A stretch of DNA of 64,000 nt from Amoebidium appalachense. Taxonomy: Eukaryota > Protista > Ichthyosporea. Location: NCBI GenBank assembly GCA_963693365.1, contig CAVNZM010000002.1:16153615-16217614 (forward strand), given 5' to 3'. The translations under genes were made by a program, and so were the position numbers. Of this stretch, positions 31,342 to 44,128 are shown piece by piece (within the stretch, counting starts at the first letter, position 1; each line of letters starts with the position of its first letter). The notes beneath the pieces were generated by a model that was not told the DNA's origin, did not search any database, and saw only the letters and a program-made list of their open reading frames with translations.

Positions 31342-32429
31342 ACGAGTGTCTTAGCAAGTATTAGGCTCTGACAGGTTTGTTTGTGTGCATGCCGATCGGG
31401 GGATTACGCAAAGGCCCAAATTTTAAAGTAGAAATATTTTAATGACCGTGCCAAAGGCGTCAACCCTCTACTCTACACATTCAGTCTATCATGCCCATGC
31501 ACGGGAGTAGAAACACATACTCAATTAGAACTGTAGGATTAATTCAAGTGGGTGTGTAGGTGTTAAATTTGGAGCCACCGGGGGGGGGGGGGGGGGGGGG
31601 GGGGAGGGACCCGTGGAGGGGGATGGGGTCCGGAGGGGGGAGGGGGAGGGAGGAGGAAAGGGGAGGGGGGGGGCAACTTAGAGTTTCGGAAGGGATTGCT
31701 GAATACTTTCTCTGTATATCCTCCCCCCGGCCCCACCCCCTTCCACTGTCACCCCCTACCCTTCCCCCTTCCCCTTCTTCCCCACCCTGCGGGAGCATCA
31801 AATCCAATACATCTCCACAATTCCAAATTCAAACCTAGGTTGCTCCACTACCCAGAAATCACGTGAATACCATGATCGAGTTTGACCCAAGTTACCTGCA
31901 GACCACTGGCGGGAGAGTTCCCCGTATCCTTTCCTTGCTGGGAGGCAATATACATGGGCAGCTCGATGAAGTACGGAATGATGCTAAGTAAATCCACCCA
32001 ATTCATAAACCCGCAGCAAAACCTGAAAAACAAGGGGCAGGTGAAGAGCCGCGCGAAGAACTCAAGACAGAAAAAAGCAATTATGACGGTTTCCACACAC
32101 CAAAATTTCTTTTCTGCACCGGGTGCACGTGTAATTTCTTCGTGTGATTGCACTATCATGATTATCACTGAAGCTATGACGAGTAACATCATGAGAGTAT
32201 ACCACATCATAGCCCCAGTTGAGCTTTCTGCGTTACTGAAAAACTCGTAAACCGGATTGATATCCACGGGTTTTCCATCTTCCGTGTATGTGTTGTTCTT
32301 TTTGCTCTGTGACGTGCTCTTGGGAATATCCCCGTTTTCAGAACGGTGGTTCTTCCTACGAAAAACCTTGACGATTCGTCGTGGGTCAGTTTCCCGAAGG
32401 AGGGTTTCCAATCCCGGCCACATAGGCAT
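29165..32429 (-). CDS. Voltage-gated K+ channel, Shaker-like 6TM, no T1 domain seen
   Basis: Exons about 32429-31896, 30928-30707, 29782-29165 (TAG). S1 preceded by FFSNAESSTGA; S3 NWVDLLSIIPYFI; S4 LQVLRVLRLLRILRILK; pore F.[23 protein letters not shown]; S6 LAYPITML; C-terminal coiled coil. The start codon is uncertain. Confidence 0.93.
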
Positions 32430-32859
32430 CTTGAACAGATGGTTGCACTGGAAGTTCGAGGGTACTGCCAAGGAGAGATCTTCGGCCGAGATGTGAATGC
32501 TAATATTGGATCCACAGTGTGCAACTCACGACTTGTATTCACGCGACAGCTTGGTATTAGGGAGAGGGCCTCTGCAACGGTATTTTGTGGTAAACATACG
32601 TTGCAATGTTTTTTTTTTTTGATGCCAGTTGGTTGCGGGTCCCTCAAGTGAGAAGTATTCTAATTGACCGTCTGATGACCTAGGACATCTGGAAATCAAG
32701 TAATGCCGAGATGTGAGAAATGTGATCAAGATCTTCTTCTGCCTTTTCTGTCTCTCTTGTTAAAAACATTACATGGAAATGATTTGCCAGAGAGACAACT
32801 CCTAATTGAAGCTCTGCAAGTCTGCATGCTGCAAGAACAAGCACGGACCATGCAAAAGT

Positions 32860-33162
32860 GTGACTGTGGCTGACTGTGGCCGGACTCGGAGCAGGGTTTT
32901 CGCGCACTACTCTCCTATCCAATCAAATCGCTACATATTTGGTGGTGCCGTCTAAGCCAATCACAATTTACTATCCCGCTAGATTATACAGGCTCACCCA
33001 TGGCCAAACAAAAGCTTCAAATTTTTTTTTGACTTCTTCCTTCCTACTTGAAGGTCTTCTAATCTTCCTATAGCTAGGGCTTGTCTGAGTTCTGACTACT
33101 TTTCTACCTTGTCCTGCCTAACAGACAGTAAACCATGTTCAGCTCTAAGCTGTGAATGCCGG
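32860..33162. promoter_or_regulatory. Probable bidirectional promoter for the Kv and GT31 genes, with CCAAT boxes
   Basis: Divergent genes about 730 bp apart; CCAATCA at about 32919 and 32957. Confidence 0.5.
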
Positions 33163-33966
33163 ATGGACTTACTCCCGCCGTGCTTTGGCTTGCGTCCAAA
33201 ACGTCTTTCCCTCGGGAGGCTTTTTGTTCGGTTACCACTCCTAGTCCTGTGCATTTACTTCACATATCACGTTTTTGTTCACACAAACCCATATTCAAGA
33301 GAAAATGACAGTAGTGTTTCGCACGAATACACGCCTGCCCTTTTTCAGAGAGAATGCGGGCTAGCATCCAAGGTCCCAATGAAGCTAGTGTACGGTGTGT
33401 TCACCACCATATACGGTGCACGGGAACGCATGGTAATACGTAAGACGTGGATGACCTTCCCCTCCGTGTGTAGGCACTTACAGGATGAGAGGTGGTTGGG
33501 TGTCGGGGGGAAACCATGCCAGCTGCTGTTACGGTTTGTTCTTGGAAGGCCGAAGACACAGGTAGAGCCACACGTCTATTTTCTTGGCTCTTTACTCTCG
33601 ACATCCCACGATTCCCACACCTTTTCCCCTGATCCTTTTTTTATCACTTCCTCACACCCCCTTATATCCTCCAAAGAGATCTAGAATAAGTGGGGAGGAA
33701 CGGGGATACGAAAAAGGATGAAGGGTGGAATTTGGAGTGAATGGAGGGGAGGCGGAGGTAGAGGGCTAGTGAGAGGTGGGAGGGAGGGGGGGGGGGGGAA
33801 GGGGGGGGGGGGGGGAGAGAGGGAGATATAACGAGATAGAGGAACACAGAGAGAGCTGAGGAGGAAGGGGGGAGGAAGAAAGGTATGGGGAGGGGGGAGG
33901 GGAGTTGGAGGGGGGGGAGGGGGGAGGGAGGCGGGGGAAAGAGGAGGTTGGAAGGGGGGGGGCGTG

Positions 33967-33998
<32 letters not shown>

Positions 33999-34057
33999 GG
34001 AGAGAGGGGGAGGGAGAGGGAGAGGGGGAGAGAGAGAGGGGGGGGGGGGGGGGGGGG

Positions 34058-34097
<40 letters not shown>

Positions 34098-34245
34098 AAG
34101 AGAGATAGCACAGGCACTTGAGCACACACACTACCAGCAGCGCCAGTACACCTATTTTCTTTTATGCACCATTCTGTTCACCGACACTCTTGGAATTTGA
34201 AAAACAGAAGAAAAACTAAAAAAAACTAAAAAAACAAACTATTGC

Positions 34246-34279
<34 letters not shown>

Positions 34280-35282
34280 ACCCTCCGCCTCCCCCCCCCC
34301 CCCCTCCCCCCCCATCCTGTTGCAGCCTTCCATCCTCTTACTTTTCTTATTTTTCTTCCACATTACCTTGTTGTTCATGAGTATATAACCTTCTATGGCA
34401 TTCTACCGCATTACTAGATATACATGTTTTGCATACCAACAAGTATATTCATCCAGACCATGATAAGCAGTTAATTTATATCCATCTCTACCCACATTGT
34501 ATTGCACATATACGCCATCCCCACACTGTATTAGTAGCTACCGCCAAACAAGTCAAAATCTTATCAAGACACTTGCAATCGTCACCATAAGAACGACGTT
34601 TCCCCATGAATATATTCACTTACTCTGTCACCCTGCTCCCAGCCACCAGCTCAAACACGAACACTCACACCCGTGATGATTTGTTTCCAATAAAGAACCT
34701 GTGTGTGTGTGTGGTGTGGTGTGTGTGTGTGGGGGGGTTGGGGGGGGGGGGGGGGGAGGGGGGAATGGTCCGCATTTTCTTATGTGTGTAAATGCTCCTC
34801 TCTCAGAAGCGTTCCCACATTCCCCCCCCCACTCAACAACAACATCCAAAAAAAAAAAAAAAAAAGAAAGAAAGGATAAAAGTTTGAGGCTTTGCTCTGC
34901 ATATGATGCATTGGTGCAAGCTTTTGAGTTCTTTGTCCCGCATCGTGTTTTTTTTTGCTACACAACCTGTGCTTCATACCGAGCAACATTCCCCCCCCCC
35001 CCCCCCCCCCCCCCTCCCCCCCCCCCCAACCACACACACACACACACACACCGTACCACCCAACTCAAATAGCAACAATCACCCAACTCCCACCTTCCCC
35101 CCCGACCTGTTAATCGATGTAATACTACGATGTGTACTCCTTTTCCGTTTGATATCTTCATGAATTTTATGCCTCATCCCCCCGTCGCCCCCTCCCCCCT
35201 TCCCCCCCCTCCCCCCCGCCCCGCCCCCGCCTGCCCACCCACCCACCCACCCACCCTCCTCCCAAACACACACACACACATG

Positions 35283-35316
<34 letters not shown>

Positions 35317-35816
35317 CACACCGTGACAGATGGAGATGAAGACAGACACACGCTTATTTACGTACACGATTACTTTCCCACACGAACTCACGCAAAACAC
35401 ACAAACAGAAAGAGCTCGAGTGGATCGCGAAAGAGAACGGCACGTTTGGTGATCTCGTGACGTTGCCATGCAAAGAAAACATGAACGAGGGAAAGTCGTG
35501 GGAATGGTGGAAATTTGCAGCAGAAAACTTTCCAGAAGCTACACACGTGGGCAAGGGGGACATGGACACATTTGTGTGGGCCGGGGAGTTGGTGAGAGAG
35601 CTAGGGGGACTGCCGAGAGAGTGTGTGTACTATGGGAGAATGAACGATTATCTCAGGTGGGTGGGTGGTGTCAAAATAAATGCATGGCTGTTGATTCATT
35701 TTCGTTGAATTCAAATTCAAAGTTTTTCGATTGTATCTGATTTATTCTCCTTACCTTTTGTTCTACATCTTATTGTTCTTCCTCGTTTCTTCTCTTGATT
35801 GGGTGGGTGGTGGTGT

Positions 35817-35869
<53 letters not shown>

Positions 35870-36643
35870 CTGGTGGTGATGGTGGTGGTGGTGGTGGTGG
35901 TGAGAGAGGGGGTGGGTGGATGGGTGTGGTTGGGTGGATGGGTGTGGTGTGTGTGTGTGTTGGGGGGGGGGGGGGGGGGGGGGGGGGGAGGGGGCAGAAT
36001 GCTTGATTGTTTCTTTTTTGTGTGTGTCTGTTGTCGGTCATGGTGGCTGTTTTGTTCTCATTTCCAGTGCTTTTTGGTTGGCATTTCCTTTTCCTGGGGG
36101 TTGTGGAGGAAGAAAAATACCACTAATACAAGGCTAATTAATAGCAGACAAAAAGATGCTTTGTGCTCCGAGCGTTTGTTTCTCTTTCGTCTGTCTATTC
36201 CTTTTTGACAAAAGATAGGGATGTGCGATGGGGTAGTTAGTGGGGAGCGGGAATAAAGAATAATGGGTGGGTGGAGGTTAGGATGGCAAGGGTAGGTCTG
36301 TGGGTGCAAGTGGAGGTGGTGGGCACGGCTGAGGAAAAGTTGGGCCCCCGGGCGGGTGGGCGGGCGGGGGGGGAGGGGGGGGGGGGGGGAGAGAGGAGGA
36401 GAATAAAAGAAGTGTGGGGGTAAGATGGGAAGGCTTGGATAGACTTGATTAGGAGGAATCGGGTGCTGGTGTTGGTGGTGGTGATGGCTTGATGGAGAGG
36501 GGGGACCGGGCGGGAAGGGCGGTGGGCGAGGGGAGGGGGGGGAAGGGGGGGGGAGGGGGGGGGGGGGAGGGGAGAGAGGGGGAGGTTTGCAGACAAAGAA
36601 AAGAGGGATTAGAACTGTGTGTGTACGTGTCTGTGTGTGTTGG

Positions 36644-36692
<49 letters not shown>

Positions 36693-38229
36693 GGGGGGGA
36701 GGGCGCGGGGGGGGGGGGGGGGAGGGGAAGGGGGGAGTTAAGGGATATGTTAGGTCAATTGAAATGTTACTCTTGGGGAGGTTGCATTCGTATAAGAGCG
36801 GAGGGTGGTGGTGATGGTGGTGGGGGGAGTTAAAGACGGTGGTGGTGGTGGTGGGGTGGGTAGGTGAGGGAGAGGGGAGTGGGGTGGGTGGGGGGGGGAG
36901 GGGAAGCGGGGTTGGGGGGGAGGGAGGGGGCGGGGGGGGGGGGGGAGGGGAGGGGAAGGAGGAAAGGTAAACACTTGGGGGAAAGCGGGGGAAGAAAGGG
37001 CGGGTGGATGGGCGTGGGAGCCAAGTAGGATTTTAATGGCTGTAAGATTAAATGGTGTGAAGATGGTGTGGGAAGGTAGGCTTGTGGGGTGTTGTTGTTC
37101 AATGCTTATTGGTTTGCATGTGGAGGGAAAGGCAAGTAGTCGTGCTCAAGCTGGAGGGGATTATGATATGTGTTGCACTTCTTTGGCACGGGGATACATG
37201 TATGTGTGGGGACGTGTGTGTGTGTGTGTGGGCGGGGGGGGGGGGGGGGGGGGGGGGGGGGCTGTAGAGGAGGAGCGAGGGATGAATCAGGGGCTTTGGC
37301 GATACAGTAACTGGTGGGCAGTTGGGTGGGTGAGAGATGTGTATGCATGAATGCATGTGCCAGTGTGTCTGTCTGGGTGCGGGTGTGTGTGAGTGTGCAA
37401 GTGCAGGTACACGGCTGTGTGTGTGTATGCGCTTGTCTGTATGTGCTTGCGCAAGCATGGATGGTAGGCCAGAGGTGCAAAGCAACAGACTCACATAGCT
37501 GCAAGTATCATCGTTGATGTATCCTAGTTTGTCAGTCTGTTCAACCACAACACATGGTTGAGCGTATCATCAGTACCACCATACATCACGAAGATGATTG
37601 CCTTTGTGATGGTACATTCATGTGAATTCAGCACTGACACATCTACACTGCTTCCACCGTCTTCCTGAACCAATCGGCTTTTTGCAGCCATATCGTTGGT
37701 CGACAAAGGGAAATCTATATGGGAATCGTTTGCTTCGCTCAGAACTTGACTGTTGAATTCAAACTGCCAACCATCGCATTCCAAAGACCTGCCTTGCTCC
37801 GATTGGTGCAGAAAGACGGTGGACGCACTGTATGTGCTCCCCCTAAATAATTTGTTCGTCATCTGAATTCGACAATAATACCTCTATTTTCCCTTTAGTA
37901 CCGCCATATATGCCCGTATCCAACTGACTGTTTCACACAGGTGCATGTGCTATGTCTTGTGCCCCACCCAATGGACCTACATGAGTGGCCAGCTGCATAT
38001 CCTGAGCACAGATCTGGTGCAATGGGTGGCCAATCCAGCCAATCAGATCACTGCAACTGCCAAATATGGGCATGAGGACCGCATGACCGGCCAATGGCTG
38101 GCCACTGCTCCTTTTTTGATAATGAATGTCGACAGCAAGGCACACCCGTTTGTACATCCACTCAAGGTGATCCATCCCCCTTCCTTCCCTTCTCTTTTTT
38201 GTTGTGTCGCCTGCATTCGCTCTCTCATT

Positions 38230-38284
<55 letters not shown>

Positions 38285-38752
38285 ACGGCCCTCTGCAACA
38301 CCGGGATATTGATGCTACCAAAATGTAAGGGTGTTACTGAAAATAGAAAGATAAAAAAAAAAAATTTCGAGACGGCCGTGCCCCCCCTCCACCACCCCAA
38401 ACACACACACGTGCACACACACACACACACATACACAAAACACACACACTTTACCCCCTTAAACCCATGGTTCTGTGTCAGATTGGATGAAGCCCAACAC
38501 TGCAGTCCCTCCCGCGCCCCCACTCCTCCCTCTCCGCTTGCCCTACGCTTGTGGCCTTAACCGACCTTCACCCTCCCCCCCCCCCCCCCCCTCCCCCCTC
38601 CGTCCACAATAAGGAGAGGAAGAAAAATACAAGAATCAAGACCCACCTTTCACATGTAGACCCACACACGCTGCGGACGATGCTCATGCAAGTACACATA
38701 CACACATGTACACACACACACCCACACCCACACACACACCAACACCCACACA

Positions 38753-38799
<47 letters not shown>

Positions 38800-38903
38800 G
38801 CTCGCGCGCGCACGCCCTCGGCACAGACACACAAACATACTTGCACACACAGAAGCAAAGAGTAAACAGAGATAGAGAAAAATAATTCGAGGGAGGGAGG
38901 GAT

Positions 38904-38939
<36 letters not shown>

Positions 38940-39024
38940 GGGACAGGACGGGAGGGAGGGAGAGAAAGGGGGGAAAGGGGGGGGGGGGGGGGGGGGGGCA
39001 AGGGATTATGGAGGGGGGGAGGGT

Positions 39025-39109
<85 letters not shown>

Positions 39110-40363
39110 AGGGAGGGAGGGAGGGAGGGAGGGAGAAAGAGAGAGGGAGAGGGAGAGGGAGAGAGAGAGAGAGAGAGAGGGGGAGGGGGGAGGGGGGGGG
39201 GGCAGAGAGTGAGAGAGCGAGGGTGAAAGAGTGGGTGAAAGAGACATACTGAGAAGCCATGGGGGCGGGGGTGAGGAGGGGGGGGGGGGGGGGGGGGGGG
39301 GAATGAGAGAGAGATAGTGAGAGGAGAGAGAGGGGGGGTGGGGAGAGAGGGAGAGAGAGAAAGAAAGAGAGAGGGAGAGAGAGATAGAGAGAGAGATACG
39401 CTTCTATGCAGAGACAACCACCATATCCACACAATAATCCACAGCACGACCACTACCACCACTCAGCTGTGATCCCCCTGTTCTCTCCCCTGTCCCCATA
39501 CTAATACGGTTGCTCTGATGCTACACATGTACATGCACTTGTGTCTGTGTGTGGCTATAGGGGCCACGGGGTCTCATGACAATCCCCCCCCCCCCCACGC
39601 CCCCCTGCCTCCCCAGAATGTGTCTGTGTATGCGAGCATGATGATGGACCCAAGAGCAGCTCTGCAGGCCGATCCAGTGCATGATTCCGAGCCAATCAAA
39701 TGTCACCAGCCTGGCCAGCCATCAGATATTCGCATTGTACTGGCTCATTCTATCCAATCAAAAATGAGGATTTCGGCGGCATGGAAAAATGACCCGTCAG
39801 TATGCATGCACGACACTAGCCGTAGGTCTTCTGATTGCCCAATCACTATTGTTCCCATAGCGTGTAGGGACCCCACCTCAAATCAAAATGGTGCAGAAAT
39901 ACTATTCATGGAATGCAAAAAGGGTGAAAGCCCTCTTTTTCATTGGTGGAAAGTCTTCGAGAAGGAATTTCCGTGGGCAACACACGTTGGTCGAACAACA
40001 GCCAATAGTTCTTTTAATGCACAGTTACTATTGGAGCAGATTTACAACTTGCCGTCGACCGGTGTGTATTACGGACGGCTGAATAGTGATTACGGATGTA
40101 GGCGATGTGAGAGGGACCCCGGATGCCCCAATGGGGTCCGAGGACACGAAGGAGATTCCTTACCTTATATGGTAGGTGAGTTGTACATTTTGTCACCAAA
40201 TCTAGCAAGTGTGGTAGGAGAAGGCATCACGGGCAATTCTTTTACTGCCTCTGACGAGGTTGCAGATAGGGAGGTAGGGAGGATCTTAAAGATGGCCTCT
40301 GTGAATGTGATGCAGGTGAATGTGGGGGGAAGGGACGGAATACAGCCATGGAAAATTGATTGA
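33163..40363 (+). CDS. GT31 (beta-1,3-galactosyltransferase-like) type II membrane protein with two tandem GT domains
   Basis: Exons 33163-33561, 35409-35656, 37941-38166, 39617-40363. N-terminal TM segment; ERMVIRKTW, RFVLG, KENMNEGKS, KGDMDTFV (DxD), YYG, YMSGQL..LS.DLV, HEDRMTG. The last exon repeats the pattern (FPWATHVGR, LPSTGVYYGR, YMVGELYILS). Confidence 0.88.
37646..37830. mobile_element. Tc1/mariner-type MITE family B, copy 2 (185 bp), inside GT31 intron 2
   Basis: Imperfect TIR CA(G/C)TGC(G/T)TCCACCGTCTT(T/C)CTG(C/A)ACCAATCGG; TA flanks; homologous to 28201-28397. Confidence 0.82.
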
Positions 40364-41274
40364 TGAATATAGACATGTCTCGCTTTTGTGTTTTTGCTTC
40401 GAATCCGAAGGAATGTAGGCATTCACAGTCTTTTAAGCGCTATTAGAACCTTTAATGTAACTGAGTAAAATTGTGGTTGCACGTATCAGCACTCATATTT
40501 TGAGACGGTCTAGACCCAAAAAAGTATGGTCTTTCCAGCCATTGCACTCTGCAACTTATGACCCCACCCCTCCCACCCCACCCACCCCACACTGCGGTGT
40601 CCTCACCCCGTTTTGCACTCCCCCCCCCCCTTCCCCCCCCCCCCCCCCCCCCCCTTCAACCACCACCACGGGCCCCGCCACCAATTCCACCATGGCCAAA
40701 ACCCACCGGTCCACCACCTACCCCCCTCCCCCCTGTTTAACCCCCCTCCCCCCTCCCCCTTTCTGTGTGTGTCAAACAGTGAGGGTGTCACGGTGTGCGT
40801 GGTTTGATTGTGTGTGTGTGCGGGTGTGCGTCTGCGTGTGTGTGACTGTGTGTGTGTGTGTGTGTGTGTATGTCTGTGTGTGTGTGTGTGTGTGGTGTGT
40901 GTGTGTGTGCGCGCGCGGATGTGTGTGTGTGTCAGCGTGTGTGTTCATGTGTGTGCGTGTGCATGTGGTGGATATCTGTCTGTGTGTTTGGGTGTGTGCG
41001 CTTGGATTTGTGTTTGGCATGCATACATGAACACATGTGTGTGCGCCAGAGGGAGGGAGAGAGAGAGGGTAAACTTTACCAAGAAGGTGTGTGTGTGTGT
41101 GTTAGTCAACGGTGTGGATGTGTGTATGTGCAGGTTCCACAATGTGGGCACGTCAGGTCCATTTTCGTTGTGATAATGATTGTGTGCACACACGGTGGCA
41201 TACATCTGTCACTTGTTCTCTCTCCCTCCCCCCCCCCCCCCCCCCCCCTCTCTCTCTCTCTCTCTAGATCTGTA

Positions 41275-41344
<70 letters not shown>

Positions 41345-41352
41345 GATCTGTA

Positions 41353-41457
<105 letters not shown>

Positions 41458-41667
41458 CAGTCTCTCTCCCTCTCTCTCTCTCCTTCCCCGACTCTCTCTG
41501 AGACTCTCTGTCTCTCTCTCCCCCCCCCTCCCCTTCCCCCTCCCCCCCCTTTCTCTCAAGTGCATACACATTTTAAATACTGTCCGTGCCACGTAACTTA
41601 CCTGTCACTTAGGCGGGTAGTTGTATCATGGCACACACACATTTACACACCCGTCACACGTGTCCGC

Positions 41668-41699
<32 letters not shown>

Positions 41700-41750
41700 C
41701 CCCCCCCCCCCCCCCCCCACTGCTCCCCCTCCCTCCCCCTCCCCCCCCCC

Positions 41751-41782
<32 letters not shown>

Positions 41783-42116
41783 GATTAATTAATATATGTG
41801 ACACACACACGTTCATACTCACAGTCACACACGTACACAGTGTTGGACACATCTTGCTTTCCAAAATCGTACAGATCGACGTCGTACGTCCGGCTCCAGC
41901 CGGTCTGTAGTTACTTAGAAATTGACCGGTGACCGGACCGGGTATGGTCTGTGTGTGTGTGTACGCGTACGTACGTATGTGTACATGTGTGTGTGTATGT
42001 GTGCATCTAATTATTACATGACTAAGTCACCTTTGTTTGATAGTACACATGTGTGTACATGATCATGGCACGTGTGTGTGTGTGTGTGTGCGTGGTGGTG
42101 GTGGGGGGGGAGATCT

Positions 42117-42152
<36 letters not shown>

Positions 42153-42829
42153 GGGGAGGGGGGGGGGGGGGGGGGGGGGAGGGGGAGGGGAGGGTTGAGG
42201 TTGATGGCCGGTCCGTCATGATATTCTGGGCCGGGTATCATATCATACATGTTGGTGATCACGATGCTAAGGTGACTCGGAACGTAGTCGTGGGAGAGCC
42301 ACGTGTTTCGTTACAGCAGAGCACCAATCATCCTCTGGCTTGTGCCTCAGTGTACATCAGCCGTGGCTGCCCACAGTATGCATGGCGTCATAATGTGCAC
42401 CTCCCTCGATGCATTCCTTTGACCACTCCTGAGGTATGCGCCGGTCTAGCTACAGCTGAGCTAGTGTAGTCTAAAAGGCAAGACTCTAATCGGAAAATAA
42501 CTGTGAGCGAAACTTGTCCCATTGCAGTAACATAAGGTGCCTGTGACGTCACTTCTACAGGCGATCAGATTAGATCACGGCCATCTAGAAACACCCGTGG
42601 ATTAGATTTATATCTATGAGGTGACTCGCGTTTTATAGATCTGGCAGGCATTAGAGTGAGGCGGTGGCCATACCCGCACCCCAACCAAACATGTTGGGCA
42701 GCCAACCATCAGCCACTTGCCTTCCTCCGCCTACCGCGACCAGTAATAATAGATATATGTAGTGGGTCTTATCAATATTAGGTCTACATATATCTAGGTT
42801 CACAAGCCCAGATCCTTCAGGATATCCAC

Positions 42830-43080
42830 TCAAGAATCTTAGATTCTGGCCCCATGACTCGCTGGGCCACAGGATCTGGGAACCGGACCTCAGACCCACG
42901 CCCTTGCCAGCTGCAGGGCGTGTTGCAAACTGGGGTTTGTAGAATAAAGCACTACGTATTCACTGGCTGTAAACAAGTCCTCTATAATCAGTGCACAAGT
43001 TCTTTATTACAATGGGGAGGTTGGGATACCGTGTTGACCTGCACCAACTGGCAGATCTGTGGTGCTGCTGCCAACTTGAA
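42830..43080 (+). pseudogene. Possible decayed 3' end of a non-LTR retrotransposon ORF2 (CCHC-like region)
   Basis: ATGSG..DPRPCQLQG..KHYVFTGC..LY..LLQ loosely resembles the TG.W..R.C..C..E..H.LF.C..Y region. No RT motifs nearby. Confidence 0.25.
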
Positions 43081-43639
43081 GAGTTCGGAGTGAAAGATCT
43101 CAAAGTAGGCGTTGAATCCAAAGATCTTAAAGCTTCTTTACTCCAAGGATTTCAATCAAAGTTTATTCACTCAAAATGATCAGATCTCGAAGTTTACGAG
43201 TCAAAAAGATATTGTTATTGATCAAGCTTTAAGTCATCAGGAACATGGTGTTATGATGCGGGGCACGTGTGCAACACAATGAGGCTGGAGGCTGCTACCA
43301 GGCACCTGTGGCCCTGAGCGCCATTAGCCACTTATATATTCTATGTTATGTTACATACATGTATACAGACATTCATACGTAGAGTGTCAACAACTGAAAT
43401 CAGTCATTCAAGCCAAAACTTCGGCTGATCTAGACTAAACGGAACATTCGAGGCTCCACTTCCACTCTATACTAGCTACATTACTGCCATTTCACGGCGC
43501 CAGCGCCTAGCTTTACACACGGCAGTTATCTAAGTATTCTTTAACTGCACTGCACTTGGAATGATGACGTAGAAGAGGTCGAGGAACCAAGCATCAGGCT
43601 TGAAGTAGACAGCTTCTTCCCGAACCGCCGCTCAAAAGT

Positions 43640-44128
43640 TTATGCAAACGGAGCCAAGGACTGCCTCGAGTATCGGCTGAACCGGCGCAAAGACCAACCC
43701 TTCTTCGCTTTCGTTTTCACCGACTGGGCGTCCGCTGTTTCATCCTCTGGCACTTGGACCAGCCCATCTGCCAACATCACTTGCAGGGAGTAAGGAAGAA
43801 AGCTTGTGCAGTTATCCACAAGTGCGACTCTGACTCTGTCGGCCTCACACAGGAGCTCATGCACAGCACTCTCAGCCAGTTTTCCTGTTATGGGCACCTT
43901 GTTCACTATATCAATTCGGTCGCCGGGCGCCAAGCCTGCGTTCCATGCAACACTGTTCCGTGCGACCGAGACAACATACATGTGGTTATCTGCACAGGCC
44001 ACCCGCACACCAAAATCCTCCCCGGGCAGCTTGTCTAGTTTGATGATGCGCCGCACAGGGCGACGTAGTTGCGGTTCATTGCCATAGTAAAGCTCGCTTA
44101 AGCAGAGACAGGTAACCTTTGTAGCCAT
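43640..44128 (-). CDS. Small intronless single-PDZ protein (syntenin PDZ1-like)
   Basis: ATG at 44128. RIIKLDKLPGEDFGVRV..MYVVSVARNSVAWNAGLAPGDRIDIVN is a canonical PDZ pattern. Confidence 0.85.
   Translation of the reverse strand: MATKVTCLCLSELYYGNEPQLRRPVRRIIKLDKLPGEDFGVRVACADNHMYVVSVARNSVAWNAGLAPGDRIDIVNKVPITGKLAESAVHELLCEADRVRVALVDNCTSFLPYSLQVMLADGLVQVPEDETADAQSVKTKAKKGWSLRRFSRYSRQSLAPFA

Noticed and set aside
37524-37862. 112-aa minus-strand ORF nested in the GT31 intron
   Set aside because: It largely overlaps a non-coding MITE, and the frame is not preserved in the homologous copy at 28201-28397.
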